Shown here in pieces: positions 46,984-60,286 of a stretch of 64,000 nt of DNA. A program made the translations under genes and the position numbers. The stretch is from the NCBI GenBank assembly GCA_002269645.1, contig NIVC01000247.1, positions 124,001 to 188,000 on the forward strand. The letters are read 5' to 3'. The notes beneath the pieces were generated by a model, which saw nothing but the letters and a program-made list of their open reading frames with translations, was not told where the DNA came from and did not search any database. Source of the stretch: Macrostomum lignano. Taxonomy: Eukaryota. How positions within the stretch are numbered: the first letter of the stretch is position 1; the number at the start of each line of letters is the position of its first letter.

Positions 46984-47657
46984 GGCGCCCCTGGTGCTGG
47001 CGCCCCTGGTGCTGGCGCCCCTGGTGCTGGCGCCCCTGGTGCTGGCGCCCCTGGTGCTGGCGCCCCTGGTGCTGGCGCCCCTGGTGCTGGCGCCCCTGGT
47101 GCTGGCGCCCCTGGTGCTGGCGCCCCTGGTGCTGGCGCCCCTGGTGCTGGCGCCCCTGGTGCTGGCGCCCCTGGTGCTGGCGCCCCTGGTGCTGGCGCCC
47201 CTGGTGCTGGCGCCCCTGGTGCTGGCGCCCCTGGTGCTGGCGCCCCTGGTGCTAAAGCCCCTGTTCCTGGCGCCCCTGGTGCTAAAACACCTGGTGCTAA
47301 AACCCCTGGTGCTAAAACCCCTGGTGCTAAAACCCCTGGTGCTAAAACCCCTGGTGCTAAAACCCCTGGTGCTAAAGCCCCTGGTGCTAAAGCCCCTGGT
47401 GCTAAAACCCCTGTTCCTGGCGCCCCTGGTGCTAAAACACCTGGTGCTAAAACCCCTGGTGCTAAAACCCCTGGTGCTAAAACCCCTGGTGCTAAAGCCC
47501 CTGGTGCTAAAGCCCCTGGTGCTAAAGCCCCTGGTGCTAAAACCCCTGGTGCTAAAGCCCCTGGTGCTAAAACCCCTGGTGCTAAAGCCCCTGGTGCTAA
47601 AACCCCTGGTGCTAAAGCCCCTGGTGCTAAAACCCCTGGTGCTAAAACACCTGGTGC
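46984..47657. repeat. 15-bp minisatellite: GCTGGCGCCCCTGGT switching to GCTAAA(A/G)CCCCTGGT at ~47250
   Basis: Tandem units in two sub-arrays. Confidence 0.97.
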
Positions 47658-48052
47658 TCCTAACGATGGCAACCCTAATTACGAGCCTGCGGCCCTGCAG
47701 TTTAGCTGCATGCGCAGCAATTCATGTACACGCAGGATATTATTGTACGCGCAAATTTTCCACAGTCTGCTACTTCCGTAACTTCAGTCGCTTTTCAAAT
47801 AGAAAATACGCTGGTCTGTTTCGCAGTCTCGGGAAGTTCGCTTTTGTAAAGAACTTTTTTCCGCTCGCTCCGGGAAAAAGCCTTATTAGGGAAGAGGATC
47901 AGAAACTTAGTGTTTTTCGTTTAAAACTAAATGTAGCTTAGAAGCCGCGACCAAGGACTTCTGGTTGTAGCGGTAGACATGGTTTTGAAACCAATTAAAA
48001 AGTTTGACTTTCTAGACATTCAGCAAGTTTCAAAAGTGTTTTCAATTTTTAC

Positions 48053-49270
48053 TTCAGCGCTACAGGATGAGATTTAGCGCCACAGGATGGCATTTAGCGC
48101 CACAGGATGGGATTTAGCGCCACAGGATTGAGTTTAGCGCCACAGGATTGAGTTTAGCGCCACAGGATGCGATTTAGCGCCACAGGATTGAGTTTAGCGC
48201 CACAGGATTGAGTTTAGCGCCACAGGATTGAGTTTAGCGCCACAGGATGGGATTTAGCGCCACAGAATTGAGTTTAGCGCCACAGGACGGGATTTAGCGC
48301 CACAGGATTGAGTTTAGCGCCACAGGATGGGATTTAGCGCCACAGGATGGGATTTAGCGCCACAGGATTGAGTTTAGCGACACAGGATGGGATTTAGCGC
48401 CACAGGATGGGATTTAGCGCCACAGGATTGAGTTTAGCGACACAGGATGGGATTTAGCGCCACAGAATGGGATTTAGCGCCACAGAATGGGATTTAGCGC
48501 CACAGGATTAAGTTTAGCGACACAGGATGGGATTTAGCGCTACAGGATTGAGTTTAGCGACACAGGATGGGATTTAGCGCCACAGGATTGAGTTTAGCGC
48601 TACAGGACGGGATTTAGCGCCACAGGATGGGATTTAGCGCCACAGAATTGAGTTTAGCGCCACAGGACGGGATTTAGCGCCACAGGATTGAGTTTAGCGA
48701 CACAGGATGGGATTTAGCGCCACAGAATGGGATTTAGCGCCACAGGATTAAGTTTAGCGACACAGGATGGGATTTAGCGCCACAGGATTGAGTTTAGCGA
48801 CACAGGATGGGATTTAGCGCCACAGGATTGAGTTTAGCGCTACAGGACGGGATTTAGCGCCACAGGATGGGATTTAGCGCCACTGGATGGGATTTAGCGC
48901 CATAGGATGGGATTTAGCGCCACAGGATTAAGTTTAGCGACACAGGATGGGATTTATCGCCACAGGATGGGATTTAGCGCCACAGGATTGAGTTTAGCGA
49001 CACAGGATGGGATTTAGCGTCACAGGATGGGATTTAGCGCCACAGGATGGGATTTATCGCCACAGGATTGGATTCAGCGCCACAGGATGGGATTTAGCGC
49101 CACAGGATTGAGTTTAGCGACACAGGATGGGATTTAGCGCCACAGGATTGGGTTTAGCGACACAGGATGGGATTTAGCGCCGCAGGATGGGATTTAGCGC
49201 CACAGGATTGAGTTTAGCGCCACAGGATGGGATTTAGCGCCACAGGATGGGATTTAGCGCCACAGGATGT
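48053..49270. repeat. 20-bp minisatellite TTTAGCGCCACAGGAT(G/T)G(G/A)
   Basis: ~60 tandem copies. Confidence 0.97.
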
Positions 49271-49721
49271 GATAAAAGGCATTTAAAGCATTAAACATCC
49301 CAGCTGATTTAACAATTCACCCTTCTAGATTTTAGCCAGGCTGATTACGACCGTGTTATAGGCTAGAATCCAGTCCAGGTGTTAATTCCTAAGGTCCATG
49401 CGAGCACGGGACCCAGACCAGAGAGGAAAAGGCGCACAGAGAGGAAAGAAAGAATTGGTGGGCTGGGCTGGGATTCGGGTAGGTCATATATCTTTCTTAG
49501 TTGGACTTCGGAAAAAGGAAGGAACTCCCCAGGAATAGCGTCAGTCATATTCATAGATGGAAAAGGGGAAAGGAGGAGCCTTAAAGGAGAAGAGAGGAAC
49601 TGGGATTGGCGGATCTCAAACAAAGAGAACCAACCCTCCATCCCTTGCGTGCACTTGATAAACCTTCTGTAGCAGTGAGCGCCGACCGCCAAGGGCATCG
49701 AGGATCTAGTATATGGAGTGA

Positions 49722-50277
49722 AATGAGAACCGTGGCGCCAAAATGAGACCCGATGGCGCTAAAATGAGAACCGTGGCGCCAAAATGAGACCCGATGGCGC
49801 TAAAATGAGAACCGTGGTGCCAAAATGAGAACCGATGGCGCCAAAATGAGAACCGAAGGCGCCAAAATGAGAATAGTGGCGCCAAAACGAGAACCGAAGG
49901 CGCCAAAATCAGAACCGAGGGCGCCAAAATGAGAACCGATGGCGCTAAAATGAGAATAGTGGCGCCAAACGAGAACCGAAGGCGCCAAAATGAGAGCCGA
50001 AATGAGAATCGTGGCGCCAAAAACGAGAACTGTGGCGCCAAAATGAGACCCCAAGCCGCCAAAACGAGAACCCAAGGCGCCAAGATGAGAATCGTAGCAC
50101 CAAAACGAGAACTGTGGCGCCAAAATGAGACCCCAAGGCGCCAAAACGAGAACCGAAGGCGCTAAAATGAGAATTATGGCGCCAACATGAGAATCACGGC
50201 GCCAACATGAGAATCACGGCGCCAACATGAGAATGATGGCGCCAACATGAGAATCACGGCGCCAACATGAGAATCAT
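49722..50277. repeat. 20-21-bp minisatellite GGCGCCAAAATGAGAACC-type
   Basis: Tandem diverged copies. Confidence 0.9.
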
Positions 50278-51169
50278 TTCACCGAGGTTCACTGAAGGCC
50301 ACAATGAGTACAAATATTAACAATTTCAACAAAACCCATTCCAAGTACAATTACACAAGCGCTATCCTTTTCCACTCCAGACTCCAGCTTCTGCAGCAGT
50401 CCTTGGCCACTTGAAAAAACTCGCAGCCAGCGTAAACCTCACGGGCAAGCAAAACTGAACAATCAAGCCATGAAGCTCTTTCAGTAACCAGTAAGTACCC
50501 AGCTTGCACCCGCGGCCAGACCCGCAGCCCCAACCCCCACAAGCGCGAGGGAAGAGGAGCCAGGGGGGAGACAGGCGCAGGACTGCACAGTTAACCCCAA
50601 CACCACCACCACCATATATAGAGACCATATAGATTATAATAAAATGCAGGGTTAGAGAAATTTAGATAAAAAAGCATGGGGACGAAAGTACGCTGCAGAG
50701 GGTGAGGGAGGGGTGAGAGAGATAGAGAGAGTTCAGGCAGTACAAGCAGTGCGCAAACGTGAAGTAAGGCTGCAAGCAATAAACACTTATTCTCTCTCTC
50801 TGCAATACTGGTACGTATTGCATTATGACCCCCTGCAGAGCCGCTGTAACCCAGGCCAGGTTAACACAGACTAGCTGTTAAGCATCCTATCCTGCCTTAC
50901 CCTGTCTGGTAAAGTCTGCATGTGTATATCTATGTATATAATATACGCGAAAGTTTTTCCGGCTTTCCTCTATGACGCACCCCCCCCCCAGAAGCCAGGC
51001 CAATACAAATTAACCCAGTCTATCATAGTAAGTGAACGGACACAGTACTGAAATCTGGAATATGCTAAGGAATGAATGAGCCATGAGGATTCTAATCTAA
51101 AGATATTAAAATTTGAGGACAACCATTCTTGGTGGCTTAGCTCATGCGTGCTCGTTGTCGTTATGATCT

Positions 51170-53612
51170 CTCTTCATGATCTCTCTTTCCTCTTTATGAT
51201 CTCTCCCCCCCCTCTATGATCTCTCTTTCTCTCTATGATCTCTCTTTCCTTTGTGATTGTGATCCCTCTTCCCCTCTATGATCTCTCTTCCCCTCTATGA
51301 TCTCTCTTCCCCTCTATGATCTCTCTTCCCCTCTATGATATCTCTTCCCCTCTATGATCTCTCTTCCCCTCTATGATCTCTCTTCTCCTCTATGATCTCT
51401 CTTCCCCTCTATGATCTCTCTTCCCCCCTATGATCTCTCTTCCCCTCTATGATATCTCTTCCCCTCTATGATCTCTCTTCCCCTCTATGATCTCTCTTCT
51501 CCTCTATGATCTCTCTTCCCCTCTATGATCTCTCTTCCCCTCTATGATATCTCTTCCCCTCTATGATCTCTCTTTCCTTTGTGATCCCTCTTCCCCTCTA
51601 TGATCTCTCTTCCCCTCTATGATCTCTCTTTCCTTTGTGATCCCTCTTCCCCTCTATGATCTCTCTTCCCCTCTATGATCTCTCTTCCCCTCTATGATCT
51701 CTCTTCCCCTCTATGATCTCTCTTCCCCTCTATGATCTCTCTTCCCCCTATGATCTCTCTTCCCCTCTATGATCTCTCTTCCCCTCTATGATCTCTCTTC
51801 TCCTCTATGATATCTCTTCCCCTCTATGATCTCTCTTCCCCTCTATGATATCTCTTCCCCTCTATGATCTCTCTTTCCTTTGTGATCCCTCTTTCCCTTT
51901 ATGATCTCTCTTCCCCTCTATGATCTCTCTTCCCCTCTATGATCTCTCTTCCCCTCTATGATCTCTCTTTCCTTTGTGATCCCTCTTCCCCTCTATGATC
52001 TCTCTTCCCCTCTATGATCTCTCTTCCCCTCTATGATATCTCTTCCCCTCTATGATCTCTCTTCCCCTCTATGATCTCTCTTCTCCTCTATGATCTCTCT
52101 TCCCCTCTATGATCTCTCTTCCCCTCTATGATATCTCTTCCCCTCTATGATCTCTCTTTCCTTTGTGATCCCTCTTCCCCTCTATGATCTCTCTTCCCCT
52201 CTATGATCTCTCTTCCCCTCTATGATCTCTCTTCCCCTCTATGATCTCTCTTTCCTTTGTGATCCCTCTTCCCCTCTATGATCTCTCTTCCCCCTATGAT
52301 CTCTCTTCCCCTCTATGATCTCTCTTCCCCTCTATGATCTCTCTTCCCCTCTATGATCTCTCTTCCCCCCCCTATGATCTCTCTTCCCCTCTATGATCTC
52401 TCTTCCCCTCTATGATCTCTCTTCTCCTCTATGATATCTCTTCCCCTCTATGATCTCTCTTCCCCTCTATGATATCTCTTCCCCTCTATGATCTCTCTTT
52501 CCTTTGTGATCCCTCTTTCCCTTTATGATCTCTCTTCCCCTCTATGATCTCTCTTCCCCTCTATGATCTCTCTTCCCCTCTATGATCTCTCTTTCCTTTG
52601 TGATCCCTCTTCCCCTCTATGATCTCTCTTCCCCTCTATGATCTCTCTTCCCCTCTATGATATCTCTTCCCCTCTATGATCTCTCTTCCCCTCTATGATA
52701 TCTCTTCCCCTCTATGATCTCTCTTTCCTTTGTGATCCCTCTTCCCCTCTATGATCTCTCTTCCCCTCTATGATCTCTCTTCCCCTCTATGATCTCTCTT
52801 CCCCTCTATGATCTCTCTTCCCCTCTATGATATCTCTTCCCCTCTATGATCTCTCTTCCCCTCTATGATATCTCTTCCCCTCTATGATCTCTCTTTCCTT
52901 TGTGATCCCTCTTCCCCTCTATGATCTCTCTTCCCCTCTATGATCTCTCTTCCCCTCTATGATCTCTCTTCCCCTCTATGATCTCTCTTCCCCTCTATGA
53001 TCTCTCTTCCCCTCTATGATATCTCTTCCCCTCTATGATCTCTCTTTCCTTTGTGATCCCTCTTCCCCTCTATGATCTCTCTTCCCCTCTATGATCTCTC
53101 TTCCCCTCTATGATATCTCTTCCCCTCTATGATCTCTCTTCCCCTCTATGATCTCTCTTCTCCTCTATGATATCTCTTCCCCTCTATGATATCTCTTCCC
53201 CTCTATGATCTCTCTTCTCCTCTATGATATCTCTTCCCCTCTATGATCTCTCTTCCCCTCTATGATATCTCTTCCCCTCTATGATCTCTCTTCCCCTCTA
53301 TGATCTCTCTTCCCCTCTATGATATCTCTTCCCCTCTATGATATCTCTTCCCCTCTATGATCTCTCTTCCCCTCTATGATCTCTCTTCTCCTCTATGATC
53401 TCTCTTCCCCTCTATGATCTCTCTTCTCCTCTATGATCTCTCTTCCCCTCTATGATCTCTCTTCCCCCCTATGATCTCTCTTCCCCTCTATGATATCTCT
53501 TCCCCTCTATGATCTCTCTTCCCCTCTATGATATCTCTTCTCCTCTATGATCTCTCTTCCCCTCTGATCTCTCTTCTCCTCTATGATCTCTCTTCTCCTC
53601 TATGATCTCTCT
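51170..53612. repeat. 2.4-kb pyrimidine-rich 19-bp satellite CTCTATGATCTCTCTTCCC with periodic TTTCCTTTGTGATCC variants
   Basis: Tandem units with higher-order periodicity. Confidence 0.97.
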
Positions 53613-55007
53613 TAACCTCTCTTATCGTTTCTGGCCACATTGATAAAACAAAAAACTACGCAGTAAATTTCAAAGAACAAAATGTAATGTTTAAAACTGC
53701 AGACTCGCAGAGAGAAGAGCACTGTCGCACTTATTTTAACAAAGCAGCATTCTCACAGATGCAGATGGTGTATTTCAAAACCAAAAACTGCAGCCAAATT
53801 ATTTTGCACTTAATAATATAGTTTTACGATCATAGACAGCGATTTTTAACAAATAGTGATTTATGATTTGTACACTTGAAAACTTTCCAATCGAAACGAA
53901 CAGTTGAAATTATTAAAATTTAAAAGTTCGCGTGTACGAAATTCACACAATATTTATGCATACAGATATACTATATAATAAGGCTTACAAAGCAGTTCCG
54001 CACTGGTTTTTAAGAATTAACTATGGCCATAATGAGCAGCTAGCTAAAAGGGCAAAGGATTAATCTAAACTCATGGGGATTAAGGCTAGTTGATGCGGTT
54101 ATATCGATAAAAGAAGTCAAAGGCGCCACGGGTACAGGCAGGTACAGGTGTGATGAAATATTTAAGTCAGTCAGACAGACACAAGGCAGTATAGAGCTGA
54201 TAGCAGATGTAATTAATAAGGCAGTACATGTAAATATTGTCAAAATAAATAAATAAATGAATATAAATATTGTGCTAGCAAGGCACAGTACAGGATTAGC
54301 ACTTCTGCAGCAATTCAATTCTATGCATAGAAGTGGCAAAGCTAAAAGGCTGATTGATTTGTTTGTACAATTATAGCAGAAATAGGCACTGGCGAAAGCT
54401 ATATTAGAAATTCAATCAGTAGTACTACATATTATTAGCATTATTATTATTAGTTTGGTTATTAAAAATAGAAAACAACTTAATTAAAAGTACACAATAA
54501 AACACAAAACAACAACAGATTAGTTACCATGGCAACGCCAATTTGCTGCATCCGAAAGAAGCCTTCTCAGCCTCGACTTGGGATGCAGCAAAAGAAACTG
54601 GACAAAGACAGAAGAAAAGTGCCAATTGCACAGCGAAACCAAAGTCGGAAAGGAGATGCAGAAGTCCAAGCACTTCCGCAGCATCCCGGCCAACTTTAAC
54701 AATCGAAACTTTGGAGAGAGAAGAAAATGAAAACGCTCGCAAAAAGGCTTTATCAGAAAATTCGAAATAGCAGAAAAACACGACAACAACAAAACGAGAG
54801 CTTAGCAAGAGGGAGGCGGCGGCTGTTGAAACCGAAGGAGGGGGCCGCCTACGCAGTGATTTTCTTGAATAAAAACGTTTGGGATTTAAAAATAAAATAA
54901 TAAACAAACACAACACAAACAGAAACAAAAATTTCAACAAGAGAAAACTGTTCGTGAAGCAAAGTGTACGAAGCAACAACAGTCTGTCCAGTCTGACCCT
55001 GTCAACT

Positions 55008-58000
55008 TCAATCCTCGAACATTGGCGTGTGCCCGCCAGACATGGAGTGTGGCATATTGTACATGTGCTGCTGCTGGTGCTGGTGCTGCATTGGACTGGC
55101 AAACCCGGAGCTGTGGCCGGATGAGCTGCTGGTCTGCTGCCAGGCCTGGTGCTGCTGGTGGCCGCCATGGTGATGAGGCAGGGTGTAGTAGCCATTGCCA
55201 TTGTTGCCTGGGTGATGATACTGCGGAGGCTGCTGCTGCTGCTGCATCATAGGGTAGCTGCCCATGCTCACAGGCATTCTCTGGTACTGCTGCTGCTGCG
55301 GCTGAGGCTGCAGAGGCTGCGGATAGTGTTGCAGAGTCTGGAAGCCCTGCTGCTGGTACATCATCTGCTGCTGATGCTGAGGAGGCTGCGGAGGTGGCGG
55401 AGGCTGCTGAGGCATAGTGGGCATTGGCAAAGGCGGAGAAGCTTCTACTAGAAGATTCTGCATCATGTTGCTGCTGTTGCTTCCAGCCTGCTGTTGCTGC
55501 TGCTGTTGCTGCAGAAGCAGAGCGGCGTACTGCCGACAAGGCTCGCTGGTGCCGTGCTGAGCCAGCTCAGCCAGTCGATTCAAAACCACTCCATGGCTGG
55601 CCAAGTAGTTGGGCACCTCCTGCTGCGAGCTCAGCTCCCACAGCAGCCCGAGAGCAGCTCTGGGCACCGCTTCTGTCTGGGTCGGCAGGAACAGCAGCTG
55701 GCAGAGCAGCTGGCAGCAGTGCTGAGACAGAGCCGCCCGGCTGTCGGGGTCCCTGGCCAACAGCTGCAGGGCGCCGCAGCAAGCTTCGGCCAAGTCATCG
55801 CAGCGACTGGCTCGGATTCTGCCAGATGCCGTCTCGGGTGGGCAGCCGTTGGCGGCAACCTGCAGTGGGGCCACAATTTTTTTCTCTAGCGTTTGCAGAA
55901 ATGTTGGGAGCTCAACATCTATTGGGATCTTAGTGGGATCTGTCTGAATTTGGGGATCTTTATAAATCAACTGGTATCTCATAAATCATCATCTGGGGGA
56001 TATTAAAGGGCTAGGATTTCATAAATAATAATCGGGGGAATATTTAAAGGGCTGGGATCTCATAAATCATAATCTGGAAGGGATATTAAAAGACTGGGAT
56101 CTCATAAATCATTATCTGGGGGATGTTTAAAAGGCTGGGATCTCATAAATCATAATCTGGAGGGGATATTTAAAGAGCTGGGAGCTCATAAATCATAATC
56201 TGAGTGGATATTTAAAGGGCTGGGATCTCAAATCATAATCTGGGGGATATTTAAGAGACAGGCATCTTTCCATATGGTATCTTTAAGCATTGATCGATAA
56301 GAATAGGGAACTAAAATCCGAGAAATTGGGGATTGTCAAGAAACTGAAATCCCTCAGAACAGGGATGAGATAATTTACAATTATTACAATCCCCACCCAA
56401 CAGACCTGCATATCCCGATAAGCGGACTGCAGCACTCCACACAGCTGAGCCACAACGCCCTTCTCCCTGAGATCGGCGCAGTTGCCAGGGCACAAAGCCA
56501 GGTTGCGCACCAGGTTAATAATGGCTTTGCGCACCGAAAGGGTGGTGGTCACGTCGAACAGTCGAGACAAAACCGACAGACCGTCGAAGAAGCGAACCGA
56601 CTCCTGGGCTCGACAGGCCTCGTCGTGTCTGACAGTCAGGTGGCGCAGGGCGCACACGCAGGGCTCGATGATGTCCTCCTGATCGTTGGAGCGCTTGATG
56701 GCCTCGATTAGGGCTTTGATGCCGCCGCTGGCGCACACCTGCGGTTTGGTTGAGTTGAGCAGCGGCTTGGGGTCATTTAAGGTCAGCGAAAGCTAGTTCT
56801 AGGAAACGTTCCATTATCTGACACTTATTTTTGATTCTTTGGCGTTATCTGACACTAATTTTGATTCTTCATGACCTCCTGACACTAATTTTGATTCTTT
56901 ATGGCGTCACCTGACACAAATTTTGATTCTTTATGGCGCCATCTGACACAACTTTTGATTCTTTATGGCGCCATCTGACACTAATTTTGATTTCCATGGC
57001 GTCATCTGACACTAATTTTGATTTCCATGGCGCCATCTGACACTAATTTTGATTTCCATGGCGTCATCTGACACTAATTTTGATTTCCATGGCGTCATCT
57101 GACACTAATTTTGATTTCCATGGCGCCATCTGACACAACTTTTGATTCTTTATGGCGCCATCTGACACTAATTTTGATTTCCATGGCGTCATCTGACACT
57201 AATTTTGATTTCCATGGCGCCATCTGACACTAATTTTGATTCCATGGCGCCATCTGACATTAATCTTCATTCTATGACGCCTTCTGAGTCCTGACACTAA
57301 TTTTGATTCCTTAGCGCCATCTAACATCAATTTTGATTCTAAGGCGTCACCTGACACTAACTTTGGCAGCATATCCAACAATTTGAAAGATCATAAATGT
57401 ATATCTCTCAAAGCAACGAGGCACCAGTTTTTAAAGCTTTGACCTTCAATATCTAGGCCTATTTTTATGACACCCCCTGACACACTCACCTGCTGCTTGC
57501 TCTTCTGATTATTGCAGGTCAGATTGGACAGAATGCCGGCGCTGCACGATACCACAGTGTGATCTGAGGAGGCCAGCAGGTTGATAAGCCGCTCGAACAG
57601 GGGGCCGGCAATCTCCTGGCTGGTGGCAGCGTCAGACAGGTTCCTCAGCGTCCACAGGCAGTTGTGCAGCAGCCGCGGCGACGGGTTGGGGCCGCGGGGC
57701 TCGTGCGGAGCTCGGGTCAGGTGCTTGGTCAGGGCGTCGATTCCGTTAGCCCTGATCACGGACACCTTGCTCTCCGGGCAGACGCTGAGCACCTTGAGCA
57801 CACGAGTGGTGGTCCATAGCAGCTTCTCGTAGTTGTAGTTGAGCAGAATGTGCACCAGCTCCACTGGGCCGCCGGCTGAGCAGATCTCAAGCTTGGTCTG
57901 CGGATGCCTGCAGACGGTGACCGATGGGGGATGTTTTGTTAGGGATGATGAGGATCTAAGTTCTCTGACTGGGATCATAAAATAATAGGGATAAAGATCT

Positions 58001-60286
58001 TATATCGGGACTTATGAAATTTGATTATGAAATACTGATGTAGCGACCATGCAATTTGGGATGTGAGATCATGAAATTTGAAGATATGGGATCATTGACT
58101 TGGGATCTGGGATTATGAGATATTGGGATGTGAGATACTTTGGGATCTGGAATTCTGGGATCATGCGATATTGGGATGTGAGATACTTTGGGATCTAGAA
58201 TTCTGGGATCATGAAATATTGGGATGTAGGATCATGCGATATTGGGATGTGGGATCATAAGATATTGGGATGTGAGATACTTTGGGATCTGGAATTCTGG
58301 GATCATGAGATATTGGGATGTGAGATACTTTGGGATCTAGAATTCTGAGATCATGAGATATTGGGATGTGGGATCATGCGATATTGGGATGTGGGATCAT
58401 GCGATATTGGGATGTGAGATACTTTGGGATCTAGAATTCTGAGATCATGAGATATTGGGATGTGAGATACTTTGGGATCTGGAATTCTGGGATCATGCGA
58501 TATTGGGATGTGAGATACTTTGGGATCTGGAATTCTGGGATCATGAGATATTGGGATGTGAGATACTTTGGGATCTAGAATTCTGGGATCATGAGATATT
58601 GGGATGTGGGATCAGGGATCATGCGATATTGGGATGTGAGATACTTTGGGATCTAGAATTCTGGGATCATGAGATATTGGGATGTGGGATCATGCGATAT
58701 TGGGATGTGGGATCATAATATATTGGGATGTGGGATCATGCGATATTGGGATGTGAGATACTTTGGGATCTAGAATTCTGGGATCATGAAATATTGGGAT
58801 GTGGGATCATGCGATATTGGGATGTGGGATCATAAGATATTGGGATGTGAGATACTTTGGGATCTGGAATTCTGGGATCATGAGATATTGGGATGTGGGA
58901 TCATGCGATATTGGGATGTGAGATACTTTGGGATCTGGAATTCTGGGATCATGAGATATTGGGATGTGAGATACTTTGGGATCTAGAATTCTGGGATCAT
59001 GAGATATTGGGATGTGGGATCATGCGATATTGGGATGTGAGATACTTTGGGATCTGGAATTCTGGGATCATGAGATATTGGGATGTGGGATCATGCGATA
59101 TTGGGATGTGAGATACTTTGGGATCTGGAATTCTGAGATCATGAGATATTGGGATGTGGCATCATGAGATATTGGGATTTGGGATAATGAAGTTTAAGGA
59201 TGTGGGATCATGGACTTTGGAACATGAGATGCTCGCAGTTTGGAATCTGGGATTCTGGGATCAGGGAATTTAAGGATTATAAACTTTAGGATGTGTGATC
59301 ATGAGAATTGAAATATAAATGCTACAATGGGATCTGAATGTGTAATGAACAGAACAAAATTCAATGCTAAATGCAAATTACCTGAATGACAGCAACTGCA
59401 GACAGTCGGTGCAAATGGCCAGAAATTTCTGATTATTCTTCTTCAACAGGCCCACAATGACGGGAATGCCACCGCACTCGCGCACCTGCTCCTTGGCGCC
59501 ATCCTGATACAGCAGCAGATTGTGCAGAGTGGTAATCGAATAGAACTGAATCACTTCGATATTGCTGGACAGCTGTCTGATCAGAGCTGCCACACCGCCT
59601 GTCTTGAAGATGACGGCAAGGCCGCCGGGAGTCTGCGACATCTGATGCAGCGTGCCGGCCAGCCAGCGGGCGGGCTCCGGAGCGGCCGTGTCCAGCGACC
59701 TGACCAGAGCCTCAACCATGCCCGGAGTGTTGATGATGATCTCCAGATTCGGCCGAGTCTTGGACAGCTGGTTGATCATCATGGAGGCCTGGCCGACCAC
59801 TACGGGATCTTCGTCCTCGAGCAGCGGCACCAGTTCGGGCAGGGCCGAGGCCGCGTCGGCCAAATCCGACGCCTCGTCGAAGTTGCCGCCGATGGAGGTG
59901 AGGTTGGAGGCGGGGCCGCCGATGCCCTGGTCCAGCGGGATCGGGGTGTTGGTGGTGCCGCCGCTGCTGGACAGCGGGGTGCCCGGGCTCAACATGCCGC
60001 TCAGGTCGGACGGCGGGAACGCGGCTTCAACAGCTCCGACGCTGCCGGGATGTCCGGGCCCACTCGGCCATGGAGCTTCGAGTTCGTCCGAGCCTCCGAT
60101 CGGCTGCGAGCAGACGGACGGGGCCGAGGTGCCGGACATGACAGAGTGAATGCCAGAGTCAGACAGCATGTACTGGCCCTGCTGCTGCCACATCCGGGTC
60201 TGCTCGTCGGCGCTCTGCAGCGGCAGGTCGGCCAGAGCATCGAAGCCTTCGATATCGTCCGGGATGTTTGCATAGTCCGCATCCAT
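55008..60286 (-). CDS. CTNNB1: Beta-catenin (armadillo), ~835 aa; exons 60286-59382, 57907-57490, 56738-56406, 55859-55008
   Basis: DSGIHS degron; ARM repeats with [89 protein letters not shown]; intron phases are consistent. Confidence 0.96.
55910..56250. repeat. ~41-bp tandem repeat (GGGATCTCATAAATCATAATCTGG...) in beta-catenin intron 3
   Basis: Tandem diverged copies. Confidence 0.85.
56813..57365. repeat. 31-bp minisatellite ATCTGACACTAATTTTGATTTCCATGGCGCC in beta-catenin intron 2
   Basis: Tandem copies. Confidence 0.93.
58090..59260. repeat. Compound minisatellite (23-bp GGGATCATGAGATATTGGGATGT + 25-bp GAGATACTTTGGGATCTGGAATTCT) in beta-catenin intron 1
   Basis: Alternating tandem subunits. 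Confidence 0.95.

Noticed and set aside
49363-49698. Overlapping 97-111-aa ORFs between satellites
   Set aside because: No recognisable domain or splice context; cannot be supported as a gene.
50340-50600. Possible tyrosine-recombinase (Crypton/DIRS) remnant
   Set aside because: Only a vague LKKLAASVNLT resemblance; catalytic R-H-R-H-Y residues not found.
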